64,000 nucleotides of DNA from Diplonema japonicum (taxonomy: Eukaryota; Protista; Euglenozoa: Diplonemea), in NCBI GenBank assembly GCA_964019335.1, contig OZ025653.1, positions 558,001 through 622,000 on the forward strand. Direction: 5' to 3'. Shown here piece by piece: positions 42,666 through 56,033 of the stretch (within the stretch, counting starts at the first letter, position 1; each line of letters begins with the position of its first letter). The position numbers and the translations under genes are program-made. Below the pieces are notes generated by a model. It saw only the letters and a list, made by a program, of their open reading frames with translations. It was not told the DNA's origin and ran no database searches.

Positions 42666-44513
42666 TCAGATCTTGGTTGTATTTTTGGAATAAGATTAAT
42701 CAAAACAACGTTCATACGCCAGGTAAAGGTGTGCATCATCTTAAGGAAGAGGGGTTGGGATACGGAAAAGAAAAAAAAGAGAGGAGAAGCTCAGTCCCGA
42801 CACCTTGCTGCAATGTCGTCAGTGTTGAAGGTAAGTCTTTTCCCTTCAGTCAGGTGGCTCATGCTCTGCAGAACTGAACCTGTTGTCTGTCATGTCAATC
42901 ATTCGCTTCATCTCAAAACCGAAAAGAAGGAGAAGTTCAATCAGATCTTGGTTGTATTTTTGGAATAGGAATAATCAAAACAACGTTCATACGCCAGGTA
43001 AAGGTGTGCATCATGTTAAGGAAGAAGGACTCAACAGCGTCCCTTCATCTCTCCCTACATTTCCTTGACAGGTGCGGCACAAAGACAAAATAGAGTCCTC
43101 ATTAGCTTCAGAATGAGAGGGGCTCTTGACCAAAGGCCAACCAAATAAATACGCAGGTCAAAAAAGAAGAAAAAGGTGTTCAGACAGCCCGTCGTTTTTG
43201 TCACCAGAGGCAACACCGAAGTGAGCAGTAAGGCATCAGCTTGCAAATACGAACAGTTTCATCACCACACACAGCTGTCCACCACACCAATGCTTGGAGA
43301 TGGTCGATGCAAGTCAGTTGAAATAGTAGTAGAAATAGGTATCCTCAGAAGAGTACTTCAGACATATGCTTGTTTTGATTTGAGTTGGCATCACATAGAA
43401 AACACTATTTACCACAAAAAAAAAGAGTTCTGGGAATTCTTCTCTGGGGAGTTTGGGTGTGCGTGCGGTTCCATATCCGGAAGGGACGCGACCGTTAAAC
43501 GCCCGATGGACGGTAAAGAGGGCTAAAAAAAAAAGATCACAGAAAGAGCGTAAAAAAGTGAAGCTCAGTCCCGACACCTTGCTGCAATGTCGTCAGTGTT
43601 GAAGGTAAGTCTTTTCCCTTCAGTCAGGTGGCTCATGCTCTGCAGAACTGAACCTGTTGTCTGTCATGTCGATCATTTGCTTCATCTCTCCCCACACATT
43701 GGGAACCGCTTCTTGATCCTGCAACCGGTATCTGGGGAGTTTGGGTGTGCGTGCAGTTCCATATCCGGAAGGGACGCGACCGTTAAACGCCCGATGGAAG
43801 GCAAAGGAAGAACAGTGAATGGGCCGGTTGGGATACGAGCACCATGGGGGTCAGGTAGAGCTCAACTTTTGGTTTCAAGGGGGGCATGTTGCCCTCTCAA
43901 GGAACAGAAATCTAAAGGTTTTTATCTCATCATTTTTGCTAACAGTGAGAAGGAAACAGAGGGGAGGTGGATTACGGGTTCCTTTGGCGTCGTTACACGA
44001 AGTCAGATCTTGGTTGTATTTTTGGAATAAGATTAATCAAAACAACGTTCATACGCCAGGTAAAGGTGTGCATCATCTTAAGGAAGAGGGGTTGGGACAG
44101 CCAAAAGGAGAAGAGTGCAAAAAAGAATAAAGAGAAGCTCAGTCCCGGCAATGGGGACAGCTCCCTGAACCTGCAACCGATATCTAGGAGTTCTGGGAAT
44201 TCTTCTCTGGGGAGTTTGGGTGTGCGTGCGGTTCCATAAATTTGAAGCTCAGTCCCGACACCTTGCTGCAATGTCGTCAGTGTTGAAGGTAAGTCTTTTC
44301 CCTTCAGTCAGGTGGCTCATGCTCTGCAGAACTGAACCTGTTGTCTGTCATGTCGATCATTCGCTTCATCTCTCCTTACATTTCCTTGGCAGGTGTGGCA
44401 AAAAGACAAAACGGGAAAAAAAGGTATTCAGACAGCCCGTCGTTTTTGTCACCAGAAGCAACACCGAAGTGAGCAGTAAGGCATCAGCTTGCAAATACGA
44501 ACAGTTTCATCAC
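42666..44513 (-). ncRNA. snoRNA array 2; order E A E B C D A D F E (A/D fragments) A B
   Basis: Same modules as array 1. Confidence 0.85.
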
Positions 44514-44917
44514 CGCACAACAGGCAGGCGAACGGGCATACAGGTATCATTGAACCAAGCAAACAGGAAAAAAAGAAAAGGAAAACGGTGAAAGGGGAGG
44601 GAACTAAATATTAAAGCAAGATCATATTTAAATCTTTTTTTTATCTCTCTTTTTTTTTTTTTTTGCGTTTTTTTTTTTAAGACCAGCAAAAAAAAAGAAG
44701 AAAAAAAAAAAACAAGAAAGACCAACCATAAGTTAGAAAAAAAAATAATAAAAATAAAGACTGTCTACATAAGATCCCCCCTTCCTTCCTTTCCCCTGTT
44801 TCACAAACAATTATTTACATCTCATTTTATTCCCCCCTTAAATTTTTTTCCCCCCTCTTTTTTCTCATCGCATGTACTAAGGAAAAAAAAAATTTTTTTT
44901 TTTTTATTACGTCATTC

Positions 44918-45426
44918 TTAATTAGTGGACATCATGTTGATGAATTCCATATAATGAATTTTGCCTTTTTTTTTTTTTTTTTTTTTTTTTTCCCTCCCTC
45001 CAAACCTGTATTTTCTGGGTCGACGGTAGCGAGCAGCTCAGCAGCTTCATCAGGAGACAGTTTTTCAGAACCATAGGTGGTGAGAGCATGTTCTAAGACT
45101 TCAGTGGAGACGTAACCAGGGGGGACGTTATCAGTCTCGAAAACTTTGAAGGCAGCCTTCAGCTGTTCAGGCGTGTAATCAGCTTGGACCCGTCGTGACA
45201 TTACTGTCACGAACTCGTTGAAATCAATGTCTCCGCTGCCGTCGGAGTCGACCTCTCGCATCATGGCATCTAGCTCCTCGTCAGTTGGCTTAAGTCTCAG
45301 CGTCTCCATGAGCTTTCTCAGCTCTTCTTTGGAAATGCTGCCACCATGATCTTCGTCCACTAGATCAAAAATCTCTTTGAATTCCGCAAGCTCCTCTTCT
45401 GTAAGGTGATGTTGTATACTAGCCAT
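44918..45426 (-). CDS. Calmodulin-like EF-hand protein; intron 44965-45005
   Basis: LTEEELAEFKEIFDLVDEDHGGSISKEEL, DSDGSGDIDFNEF. Spliced end is DPENTGKIHYMEFINMMSTN*. Confidence 0.9.
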
Positions 45427-45577
45427 CTATCGGTCGCTCACCCTCCCCTCCCCTCCCCTCTCCCTCCCACTCCTTTTTATTATTATTATTATATATATAT
45501 ATGGGTTTGTGCGTGAAGAAAATGGGAGTTTTTAACAGAAGGGTGCAGAAAAATAAATAAATGAGGGGGTGGTGGAG

Positions 45578-45609
<32 letters not shown>

Positions 45610-45766
45610 AGAGATCGCGGTTGTACTGACGGGGAAAGGGGGACGAGGAAAAGGAGGAAAAAAAAAAAAAGGAAAAGAAAGAAAGCACAGTTATTATACA
45701 TAAAAAAAAAAAAAAAAAAAAAAAAAGACGACACACATAATGAAAAAAGAAAAAATAATAATAGTA

Positions 45767-45797
<31 letters not shown>

Positions 45798-45878
45798 CAC
45801 TGATTTTCCCCGAAAAAAGAAAACACTCAAGAAAAAAGAAAAAAAAAAGAAGAAGAAATCCACATTTTCCCCCCTTCT

Positions 45879-46628
45879 TCACGCATTTCTCGCTTTGCGT
45901 TGTTCGGCACCAGCTTCGGCAAGCTCTTTCACCATAAGTTGTTTTTGCTGTGTTTTTTTTATATATTTGATGAAAGAAAAAAAAAAAGAAAAAAAAAAAA
46001 AAAAAAAAAAAAATACCCTCTGCTCCTCGAAGTAACCTGACGCACCTGGTGCTGCACTTTCGTAGAAGTAAGTGTTCACACCGTCAACCCGTTCGGCCAC
46101 TTTGCTGAAATCGAAGAGGCCCTCCTTGATTCTGATGTACTCTTGTTCATATTTGACCTTCCTCCTTGCTGCGTCATCGATCTCCTCAGGATACATGGGG
46201 CCAAAACGCTCAATTTCAATTGAGTTTTCGTCCAGCCCAAACATCCTTGCATGCACCAGCTGGCACCTCTGCACGTATGACATCACCGCAAAAAACCCCA
46301 CATAATAATACATATGCTTGTACCTAGGGTGGTACCTCCACTGTGCCTTGTGGAAATATCTTCCGGCACCGTGGAAAAACATGTAAGTGCCTACAGTCAT
46401 ACACGCGGTCGCAACAAGGTCGTACCACCTGAAGTAGAAGATGTAATTACTGTTGCAGAGCTTGTAAGCCTCTTGGCAAACAGGCCAGAACTGAGCAGGA
46501 TGCTTGTTGATCATAGGGTTCTTCAGCCTCTTGTGCATCTTCAAGTCACGATCCCGTACCCTGGTTTTAAGCCTTTCGAGCTCCTCAATGAGACTCTCGG
46601 TGGGCATCCCCGCATATTGGCTCGACAT
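45879..46628 (-). CDS. Probable mitochondrial complex I accessory subunit (21-kDa/NUXM family); intron 45948-46016
   Basis: YFRWYD, two hydrophobic helices and RMFGLDENSIEI resemble the NUXM family FR..D and R..G..EN..E pattern. Confidence 0.55.
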   Translation of the reverse strand: MSSQYAGMPTESLIEELERLKTRVRDRDLKMHKRLKNPMINKHPAQFWPVCQEAYKLCNSNYIFYFRWYDLVATACMTVGTYMFFHGAGRYFHKAQWRYHPRYKHMYYYVGFFAVMSYVQRCQLVHARMFGLDENSIEIERFGPMYPEEIDDAARRKVKYEQEYIRIKEGLFDFSKVAERVDGVNTYFYESAAPGASGYFEEQRVFFFFFFFFSFFFSFIKYIKKTQQKQLMVKELAEAGAEQRKARNA

Positions 46629-46735
46629 TTTTTTTTTCCCCCCTTCGCCCCTCTCTTTCCTTTTTTTTTCTTCTTTTTTTTTTCCGCGGTGCATCTCGGT
46701 GTTGGAAAAAAAAAAAAAAAAAAAAAAAAGGAAAC

Positions 46736-46778
<43 letters not shown>

Positions 46779-46784
<6 letters not shown>

Positions 46785-47225
46785 ACAAAGATCTACCACA
46801 TCCTCGCCCCCTAACGGGTGCGCCAGCATCATTTCCTTGAATTCTCCGAAATCGACGAGTGAGAACATCAAGTCCCACAGGTCGCCTGTGAGCTCCTCGC
46901 GGTTTTTCTCGCCGACTTCTTTCAGGAACGCTTCCGTATCAACACCAACAGCTTCCAATTTGTCAGATATGAGCCCGTCCATCATTGTCACGAACTCCTT
47001 GTAGATCTCGGTGTAGCACAGTTTGTTCTCTTCGCTGTCGCTGAACTCTTTACGGTACTTCTTCACAAACTGCTCTTGCTCCGCTCTGTAGTCTTCACAC
47101 ATCACAAGCTCTTCAAGAACCCCAACAGCTGCGTCAAACTCAGTTGCTTCACCACCGCAAGCGAAAATCTCCTCCTCTTCCTCCTCTCCAGTTTCTAAAG
47201 GGGAACCATCGTTACCTTTTTCCAT
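46779..47225 (-). CDS. ARL2BP: BART/ARL2-binding domain protein
   Basis: FDAAVGVLEELVM, EFSDSEENKLCYTEIYKEF, LVDFGEFKEMML. Confidence 0.85.
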
Positions 47226-47257
47226 CACCCTGTGAAGAAAATATATATATATATATA

Positions 47258-48885
47258 CTGTAAAACGAATAATGTCGGACGGAAAAATTCTCGGACAGAA
47301 AAACTCCCGGACACCAAAAAAACCCGGACATTTTTCCGTCCGGGAGTTTTTCTGGGAAGAAGTTTTTTTACTTAAGGGGGGTAGCAGCTCCCACCACGTT
47401 TGCCTGGAAGGGCTTTATTCCTTGTGCAGAGCCAAAATGTCACCCTGCGTGGCAGTTTGAATTTTTCTTCCCCTTTCAATGCACCAACAAACAGCACCCA
47501 CGGGATCTTTAACTTCTCATAAACCCGTACTTCTTTCGTCAGATTGACCAGTTCGACTACCCAAGGCAGGTTGAGCAGCTGGCTTGTGAGGGGCCCAACT
47601 TTGGTGCTGACACCCCCGGCCAGCTCACCCCCGAGAGGTGGAGGAGATAAACTCCTTACACCGGGCCAGTACAAACCCCCGAAAGCAGCTTGGCGGCCTC
47701 TGCCTCGGTCAGAAGACGGCAGCAACAGGTTCAACAGAGCCCCCGGTTTCTTCCAGACGGAAATACTGGACGTTGCTATTCCACCCTACCACACCCTGGC
47801 CGCCGCGACGCCGTGATAGTAGCGTATCGCCCAATACGGGATTTAGCATCCTTCGGGGGCTGAAAGATTTTTGCTTGAGTCGATAGGTAAACGGGCTTGG
47901 TGAGCCTATCCCAGCACAACAAATATGCACCTATGCAGAAGGGCTGCTGTGCGCCAATCCAGCTCGAAAGACAGACCTGGTAGACTTTGGTGGGGCACTG
48001 CCCTTTTCCACTGGCTAGGCTGACAAAACTTTGCAGCAAGAAAGACAAAAGCCGCAAGCCACCTCCGGAAAGCCCGGAAACGAGAAGGACAACGAAGAAG
48101 GCACGCTGTTTCACCATGGAATTCAGGTCCATAATCGACACCCATAAAGTAAGGCCGGAATTGGTCTGGAATACGGGGTTAAAAACCAAAACAAAAAGGG
48201 GTGCTAAGGTCGTAAAAGTCCGTGGCTTTGGACAAAACGGGCTATAACCGAACAGCTGGCTGTTTCCTTGGCTGGATGGTTAAATACAAAGGCAAAGCGG
48301 AAACGCAACCGGCAGGGATTATCCGGTGATGCCCCGGTCAAGCACCCGCCCACCGAATGGAGCCTAACGGCATCGCCCAATCATTGGGCTAATTATGATA
48401 CTCGGTATCTGGGTTACGGAGCTGTTTCTTCCTTTTTGCTGGTTTTGCCGAACGGGCCGATTCTGCTGTCGGCGACCACAACTCTCACACGACCTATGCC
48501 TATGGGTTCGTAGAGTGGTTCGCAGGCGCAAACGTGCACATTGCTTTTGTCCCCCTGGGCTCACCTACATGGTTCAACCGATGGATATTGGGTTGAACGC
48601 AGCTGTAAAGCATCTATTAAGAAAGGTAGTAGGCCACACGAAGGCTCGACAAGCTGATTGCCTCAGGGCAGCAAGGGAGGACAAAGATGCAGAAAGGGAA
48701 CCCTGGGGGTTTCTTCGCGCGGTTGCCGTTTGCAGCCCAGGCCAGTATGTAGGTGGTAGTGGACCAGGCCCCCTGACGGCCTTACCTAAAAAAAATTCCC
48801 GGACGGAAAAATTCCCGGACGGAAAAATTCCCGGACGCCAAAAAAACTCGGACATTTTTCCGTCCGGGAGTTTTTCGTTTTACAG
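47258..48885 (+). mobile_element. Degenerate pogo/Tigger-like (Tc1-mariner) DNA transposon, copy 1
   Basis: TIR CTGTAAAACGAA/TTCGTTTTACAG, TA on both sides, subterminal CGGACGGAAAAA repeats, DDE_1 remnant PPGLTYMVQPMDIGLNAAVK. Confidence 0.85.
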
Positions 48886-48892
48886 TATATAT

Positions 48893-51311
48893 GGGTCGAT
48901 TTCAAACCCCCCCCCCCCCCCCTAAATGAGGCCAATTGACACTTTCGTTGCATCTTTGGGCATGCCGCCCCCTTTAAAAAAAATTCTCCATATTTCCCGG
49001 CCCATATTAGGAAAGAACCCGGGTCAGAAATCGCTCAAGGGTGCTATTTTGACCTATGAAAAATTCAGTCTTAGGGTAAAAATCGGGTTTTAGCGGTTTT
49101 GGTAAAGTCAGAGATTATGCTTCCAATAGCAAGAAATAGCGGAACTCACTGCCAGAAGGTGGCTGAAATGATGTTGAAGGTGGAAACCTTCATTTCTTAG
49201 TCTTCTGCAGTTTAGATGTGCTGCTGCTGCTGGGTGGGCGACCTCGTTTCTGTTTCATATTAGGCCTTCTACCGCGTTTTGGGGGGGTTTTAAGAGGCTC
49301 ATTCGCAGGTGTGCTTGGTGCTTCGGGCTTGTCATGCTCTTCTACGGGGGAAGTGTCGAGTTTCTTTTGTAACTTGATAACAATTCTTTCCCGTTTTTCA
49401 AGTCCGGGAAGGCTATCAGGAACGTCTTCATCCTCATCACAAGATTCATAGGCTGGGGGCCTTTTCTCTGCCCTGTCTGCATCAAGTTCTTTGATGACGT
49501 ACTTTAGTTCCTTCCAGCTCGTGGATGCACATGTTGTAGCAAATACACCCTCCGGAGTACTCTTGAACCCATATGCGCCTGTAAAGTCCGGGAACTCAAG
49601 AATCTTCTTTTTGTACGGGCCAAATACATCAGTAACTACAAATGCAGAGGTGTACCGTATCGTATTGGTGATGTTCACTATTTGTTCGACAGTTTTAATT
49701 GTTGTGGAACGAGACACCCGAAGCCAAACACGAGAAAGCACTCCGAAGTGGCTGTCCCTGCCGTTTTTGCCGTGTTTCTCCCCCAGAAACCACAGGGAAA
49801 ACGTCTTATCAGCATAGACGTCACGAAGACCAAAAAGAACAAAATAGCAAAATTCCTTTGCACGAAAGTGACGCCCACTGTCAGTCCAGAGAATCCACTC
49901 CATTTTTTCGGGTTTGCGCAAACCCACTAGCCAGGACAGTTTTCAGGCACTCGATAACGCATTTCACGTCAGTATTCAGACTTGAAAGCACACAATCAAC
50001 ATGCAGCGCCCTACGAACACCATGCCCGTCAATCCAGTACACCCCGATTCCCAAAACACTAAACGATTGCGAATGGTAAAAATCGTAGCTTGTTGATACA
50101 GGACCCATTGGTAGGGACCCCTTGGACTTGAAGTCGATGTCAAGAACTAATGCATCCGGTGGGGGAGAAGTCCTGTGCTCATTGTACAACCTTCTTTGGG
50201 CCATACACCTTTCAACATGTTGCTCCCAAGGCTTCAAGTTTGCAACAAGTTCACGTACCTTTTTCTTTGGGTACTTCCATCGAATCGCATCAATGCAATT
50301 TAGGGTCTCTTGCATGTCCGAAACACTGAACTGCAGGTCCCATTTGACCCCACGTGATGTCATCGTTTGCAATAGCGAAAGACGCATCCGTTGTGCTTTT
50401 GTACAGTACTCGCACATATCCGTGGGTTTGGCACAGTGCATAAATTCCTTCCCTCTCCTCCTTCGGAATGTTGAATAGGAAATCTTATTCATAAGGGCGG
50501 ATGACCGGAAAACATCTTGATATGACACCTCGAGCGACCTTACGGTAGTCATCCTGTGGCGTTTGCGTGTGAGACGCCGGAGGACCCGCGATGTTGGCTG
50601 GCTGACTGCTAGATGATCAGAATTGATCTCTGTGTCATCCTCCAAGGACGTCGCACTGGGCCGGCCTGGCTTGCACACTGTACCCATGATACTGTAGAAC
50701 AAGTCTTTTCCAACAGTAAGGCCAGCTGCCCTTATTTCGTCGTGTGTGATGTGGTCAAGCCGCATGCCTCTGACCAATTGGCGCCGTGTGGCGTCTTGTT
50801 GTCTATTAAGCCAACCAGAAAATGATGGCAGAAGTGCCGCTAGAAGTTCCCCTTTACACACTACGTCACAAACTAGTGCAGCACAGTCGTTGCCACTGAG
50901 CTTCTCAAGAACCTCTTTGGCGAGTGTCCTGATCGCCGATGTGTTCCCATTTACCCTTTCTCGGTCCGAATACCTTTTTTTTACCCCTAGTTTCTCAACT
51001 GCAAGTTTAAAAGCGTCCATTTTTGGAACCCCCCCCCCTCTTTTTCTGAAGTTGTTTAAAGTGGGAAAACCTTTTTTTGGAACCCCCCTCTTTTACTGAA
51101 TTTATGCAAAGTGAAAAAACCCATTTTTGCCCCTAGGACTGAATTTTTTGGCTACTAGTAACACTCACTTTCCAATTTTATGGGGTGTTTTTTTTCCTAA
51201 CCTGGGCCGGGAAAGTTGTAGAATTTTTTTTTTTGGGAAAAAGTACTTAGAGAAATATTGAAAGTGTCAATTGGCCTCATTTTGGGGGGGGGGGGGGTTT
51301 GAAACGATGCC
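48893..51311 (-). mobile_element. Sola-like DNA transposon with about 200-bp imperfect TIRs; transposase 49190-51020 split by a frameshift
   Basis: TIR core TTTCAAA(C)n..AAATGAGGCCAATTGACACTTTC at both ends, ATAT on both sides. Motifs PTDMCEYC, DIDFK, WTDSGRHFR, HGKNGRDSHFG. Confidence 0.8.
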
Positions 51312-51446
51312 ATATATATATATATATATATTTTTTTTTTTTTGAAACACAAAAAAAAAAAATAATAAAATAATAATAATAGTAGGGCAACGAGGGGGGT
51401 ATAGGGTGTAAATCAAGAAAAAAAAAAAAAAGAAATGTACATATTG

Positions 51447-52247
51447 TTAAGTCGAACTGTTTGAAAGGGGGCTTGCTGTGTTATCCTCTGAGCATGGTAT
51501 ATCAGGAGATCGGCATCCAGTCAGTGCATTGGTCAATGTGACGAAAGAGGTGAATGTGAACGGTTCGGGGGGCAGTTCGTTTTGTTGACCGTCCGGGAGG
51601 TGAAGCCCGAGCTTACCCAAAACAGTTGGGATCAGAGACGGCTCGAGAAAAACCGTGTCGCTCTCCCCTGCAACGGAGTGGAACACAGGTCGGAGCGCGT
51701 CAATGTGAAACCGACCTTGTATTTTAAACGTCATTCTTGCAAGGCATTCTACAAAATCGATTGTACCAATTTTGTCAGTGTCAACCTCACTAAACATTTC
51801 ACAAAGGACCTTCTCAGGTATGGGGTATGCAATAAGGTCTATAATATTGCCTAAATCGTCTTTGCTCACCCTTCCGTTTAAGATTTTCGACTTGGAGACT
51901 TGTGCGTAAGCTTCTCTTATATCTGTTAAGAATTCTGACATGTCGGAGCTGTTAATTGAAAAAGTGCTGTTTTCTGATTGTATGGACTCGTCACGTTCAA
52001 GAGAGACAATTGCGTTGAAGTGTTTGTCGAGCTCTCCTTTGTCGTCGGGGGTTATGCCCGACCCGCTCATGAAGCCTTCGAGGGTTTTCGTTTTCGCCTT
52101 CACCCTCATCTCCTTCAAAACATCGATTAGTTGTGTTTCCACCCTTTCCGGTTTCGTCTCTAGCAAGCTCCTGGTCAATATTTCCAACGTCCGCGCCACG
52201 TCATGCTTCACCAAATATTCCAAATCTACAGCTGAAAAGTTCGTCAT
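51447..52247 (-). CDS. RIIa/Dpy-30-like docking domain + EF-hand protein
   Basis: EYLVKHDVARTLEILTRSLLETKPE; FSEVDTDKIGTIDFVE. Confidence 0.7.
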   Translation of the reverse strand: MTNFSAVDLEYLVKHDVARTLEILTRSLLETKPERVETQLIDVLKEMRVKAKTKTLEGFMSGSGITPDDKGELDKHFNAIVSLERDESIQSENSTFSINSSDMSEFLTDIREAYAQVSKSKILNGRVSKDDLGNIIDLIAYPIPEKVLCEMFSEVDTDKIGTIDFVECLARMTFKIQGRFHIDALRPVFHSVAGESDTVFLEPSLIPTVLGKLGLHLPDGQQNELPPEPFTFTSFVTLTNALTGCRSPDIPCSEDNTASPLSNSST

Positions 52248-52656
52248 GTCATTTCTTTTCTTTTTTTTTTTTTAAAATTCCTTGGGAAGGGGGGGGTTTT
52301 TTTTTGAAGAAAATGGTAAAAGAAAAAAAGAAAAAAAAGCATTCTTTATTTTCGTGCTTTTTTTGTTTCTCTTACTTGGGGCGGCGGTTCCCCCCCCCCC
52401 CCCCCCCCCCTCTCTGAGGACTTGGTTCAAGTAAAGTGTTCAGCTTTCCTTTCGCAAAGCCCCCCCCCCCTTTTTTTTCTTCCTTCTTTGTTTGTGTGTT
52501 TCCCTGCTGAAGGAGAGGATTTTGGTGGCCAGATAGTGGATTAATTGTTTCTTTTTTTTACAGGGGCAGAGGAAAAAAAAAAAATGGACTCAGTTCAAAG
52601 ATTCGATAAGGCACCACCCCTCTCCCTCTCTTTTTTTTCTTTTTCCTTCTTCTTCT

Positions 52657-52726
52657 TCAATCTTTCTCTTCGACATCTGAGTCTTCCCCTTCTCTGAGGT
52701 TCCGCATGATGCTGCCCCAACCGTCC

Positions 52727-52758
<32 letters not shown>

Positions 52759-54341
52759 CACAAACCTTAAATTGCGAACGGTCGGCAGGTGAAGGCGCAG
52801 GTGAAGGTGAATCTTTGAACACAAACTCACCGCTCTCCTTTGACCCAGAACTACCCACCGACTGACCACTCTCACTACCAACAGTAGACGACAGCGCCTT
52901 GCCAGAAGACGTCTCGGCACCAGGAGCATTCAAGGTCTGCTTAGCCACTTCAGCACCAGGGACATCAGAGTCTTTCTGCGGGGACTTTCTGGCCTTCTTT
53001 TTACGAACAGGCGGTGCTGAGATGTTGTGCACCTTCTCCTTCGCTTCAATCTGTATTGTTTTCCTTTCTTTCCCCACCCTTTTTTCAAACACACCACTTT
53101 AGACCCTGAAATAACCTCTTCTTTCCTCACCATCCTGGATATCCCAGGCGTGGCAGGGTGGGCTGGGGTTACAACACCTTTTTTTTTTATACAAGAAAGA
53201 AATTTTTTTTTAAAAAATACCAAGCATCCATGGGTGCAGCAACGCCTCTTGTGCGGTAGGCCGGGAGGCAGTATCGTGGTTCATCAATTTCGTAACAAAA
53301 TCGAGGCTCTCTGTGGGCAACGAAGACGCAGATTGCGGGAAACTGTACAGATTTGTTTCCCCCCCTTCTCCCCAACACAACATACTTAAGCCCGGACATC
53401 ATGAGTTTCTTCAGCTCCCTCAGCCTGTCGTCGGTGGCCTTGTGTGTCGATGAGTGGGCAAGGTAAGGCAGCCTCCCCACCAGCATCGCGTAGCAGACCA
53501 CCCCCGCACCGTAGATGTCCACCTTGGGCAGGCTGGACCGCGAGGACTGCCACGTTTTTTTACCCCCAGTGGTGTGGTCCAGCATCCCTTGAATTGCCTC
53601 TAAAGAAGCATAATACTCAGTACAGGTAAAGGGTGTCACAGCAACAACAGGAGAGGGCATGGCGGAAGTTGCTTTCAACGTACCAGGTAGAGGAGAAGAT
53701 CCATCATGCTTGACCGGTGGGAAGGAGTTGAGAGACGCGGAGGAGGCAGGGGGTTTGGGGATGAACTTTGCAAGACCGAAATCGATAAGCTTGATCAACA
53801 AGGTGTCAGGGTTGATGAGGATGTTCTCAGGCTTCACGTCCCGATGTATAACCCCCACACCGTGAAGATACGAAAGGGTGTCTAAGAGCTGCTTCATGAT
53901 AATTTGCGTTTGTACCGCGGTTAATGTTCCATTGACCTGAATTAAGTCGTAAAGTTCGCCTTTACACAGTGTGGTGACGAGGTACAACGACTCGTCCGTG
54001 TGGAGCACCTCGTGCAGCTTCAAGCAGCCCGGGTGGTTCAGGGTTTTCATCACTGCGATTTCTATCAACGCGTGTTGCAGCTGTTTTGGTGTTGAAAATC
54101 TTTTTTTTTTCATTTCTTTGACCGCGACTATTTGTTCGGTGCCTCGTTTCTTCATACGCTTGACTAAGCCATAAGTGCCCCTGCCAAGGTATCCTGGTTC
54201 CGGGTTACCTTCCAGGTTCACATCCTCTTCGCACCCCACAATTTCATATACTGCTGAGATTTCTGTTATGGCTGTGCCGAGTTTGTTCAGCTTGTCATTT
54301 ACCAGCTGCAGTGGGAGCGTGGTGGCAAGTGGTTTGGCCAT
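52657..54341 (-). CDS. Ser/Thr protein kinase (CAMK-like) with four short introns in the 3' part
   Basis: GRGTYGLV, VAVK, HRDVKPEN, DFG. Spliced continuation RPTAQEALLHPW ... DGWGSIMRNL..EEKD*. Confidence 0.88.
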
Positions 54342-54776
54342 TCTTCTTTCCCCCTGCCTCCCTCCCCTCCCTCTGTTTTAATGTGTGGATTTTGTACAAC
54401 GGATTATTTAAAAAAAAAAGAGTTTGAAAGGGTGAAGAAAAAAAAACGGGAAGGGGGGGGATCTTTTCTTTTTTTTGATAAAAGGGATGAGAGCAGTGGG
54501 TGAGGGATGGGAAGGGGGGGGGGGGGGGGGGACGGGAGTTTTTTTTTTTTTTAAAAAGAATCTTTTTTTTTTTCGTACTTATTCTTGTCTTTTTCTTTTC
54601 CCTCTTCGGCGGGGGAAAAATAAAAAAAAAGAACAGGGAAAGCGGAGAGCAATGTTAAAAAAAAAACTGGTCGTTGTTATGCACGTGGGGTAGAAAACCT
54701 GTAGAAGTTTATAAGCCCGTTGACACCTGCTTCCGACGCTCTTGCTAAAAAAAAAAATAAAACTGGGGGTTTTTAA

Positions 54777-55606
54777 CCATCTACCAACGGACCATTTTTG
54801 CCCACCAGGGGGTAAATTTTCAAAACTTCAAAAAAAAACTATTCTAGCGCAACGCTGGGCTATATGCCCCCGGAAATGCCTCCAGATGTCCCAATTCTAG
54901 AGAGAGGGTGCCCACAGCAGGGCCCACCCCCACAACATTGTCAAAAATATCGTTCCCGAAGTGCTCGAGAGGGGGTACAAAAAACAAGTCAAAAAGAATC
55001 GACTGTAAAATTCTATAAAAAGCTATTCAAGGCCTTCTTGACGCGGTTCGTACATGCCCCAGCTGGGAGAGACTTCTTTTTTGACCCCGAGAGGGGTTTC
55101 TGGGGGGTATCCCCGGCAAGGTGGTAGTCTTTGAAGCACGGAGTCACGCAAAGTTGTACCAAGCAGGCTGAACACTGAAATAGGGGTCTTTTCGACTTGC
55201 AATGCTTGCACCGCACGTTGCGCTACTTTTTCGGGGAAATGGTCCCAGAAGGTGCTGTCGCGGCGCATTGGGGTCTCAGGGCACTCGTTCTGTGTTTCGG
55301 GGCATGGTATTGGGGCAGCCTGCTCTGTAGTTGACTTTAGCTGTTGTTTGGGCAGCCTCCCTAGTAGCCCTTCGATGACTGCCTCTTTAAGGCGTGAATC
55401 CACTGTCGTTCGTACTCAGGGTGTTGGGGGGCAATGCTTCTTTCCAAACAAACCGGGCATTTGCCAGAGATTTACCTAACAAGTACGAAAATACTTTCAG
55501 GGGCCACTTCGAAGTCACAAGGGTGCCGGGCTGTATTGCATTGAAAGCCCTTTGCGCAAAGATTTTTTTTCAAATCGTCTCTATAAAGACGCTCGTTGGT
55601 AGATGG
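54777..55606 (-). mobile_element. Internally deleted piggyBac element
   Basis: Perfect 13-bp TIR CCATCTACCAACG, TTAA on both sides, retains the C-terminal Cys-rich domain RCKHC..CSACLVQLCVTPCFKDYH. Confidence 0.9.
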
Positions 55607-55996
55607 TTAACTTTCTTTTTTTTGGGGGGGGGGGCATGACCTTTAAAAAAATACTGATTTGCCCTCAAAAAATAAAAATAAAAAAGTAACAAATTTTGCC
55701 CCGATTTCTTTTTTTTTTCCTTCCAAGTAGCAATATTTAAAAAAAAAAATAAAATAAAATAAAAAAAAGAAGAACAGGTTTTCTGCCTCCCAGCCGCCTT
55801 TTCTTTTCGAAGAGAGAAACCTCAGAAAAAATAAGGAAGGGGTATCAAAAAAAAAAGAAAAAAAAAGAAAACCATAACAATTCGAAAAAAAAAAAAGAAA
55901 TAAAATCACCACAATGGGAAGAAGTGCCAATGTTCTTCGTTAAAAAGAGAACGGGAAAAAAAAAAACTGCACTCACCCACCCTAATTGAGAAACTG

Positions 55997-56033
<37 letters not shown>

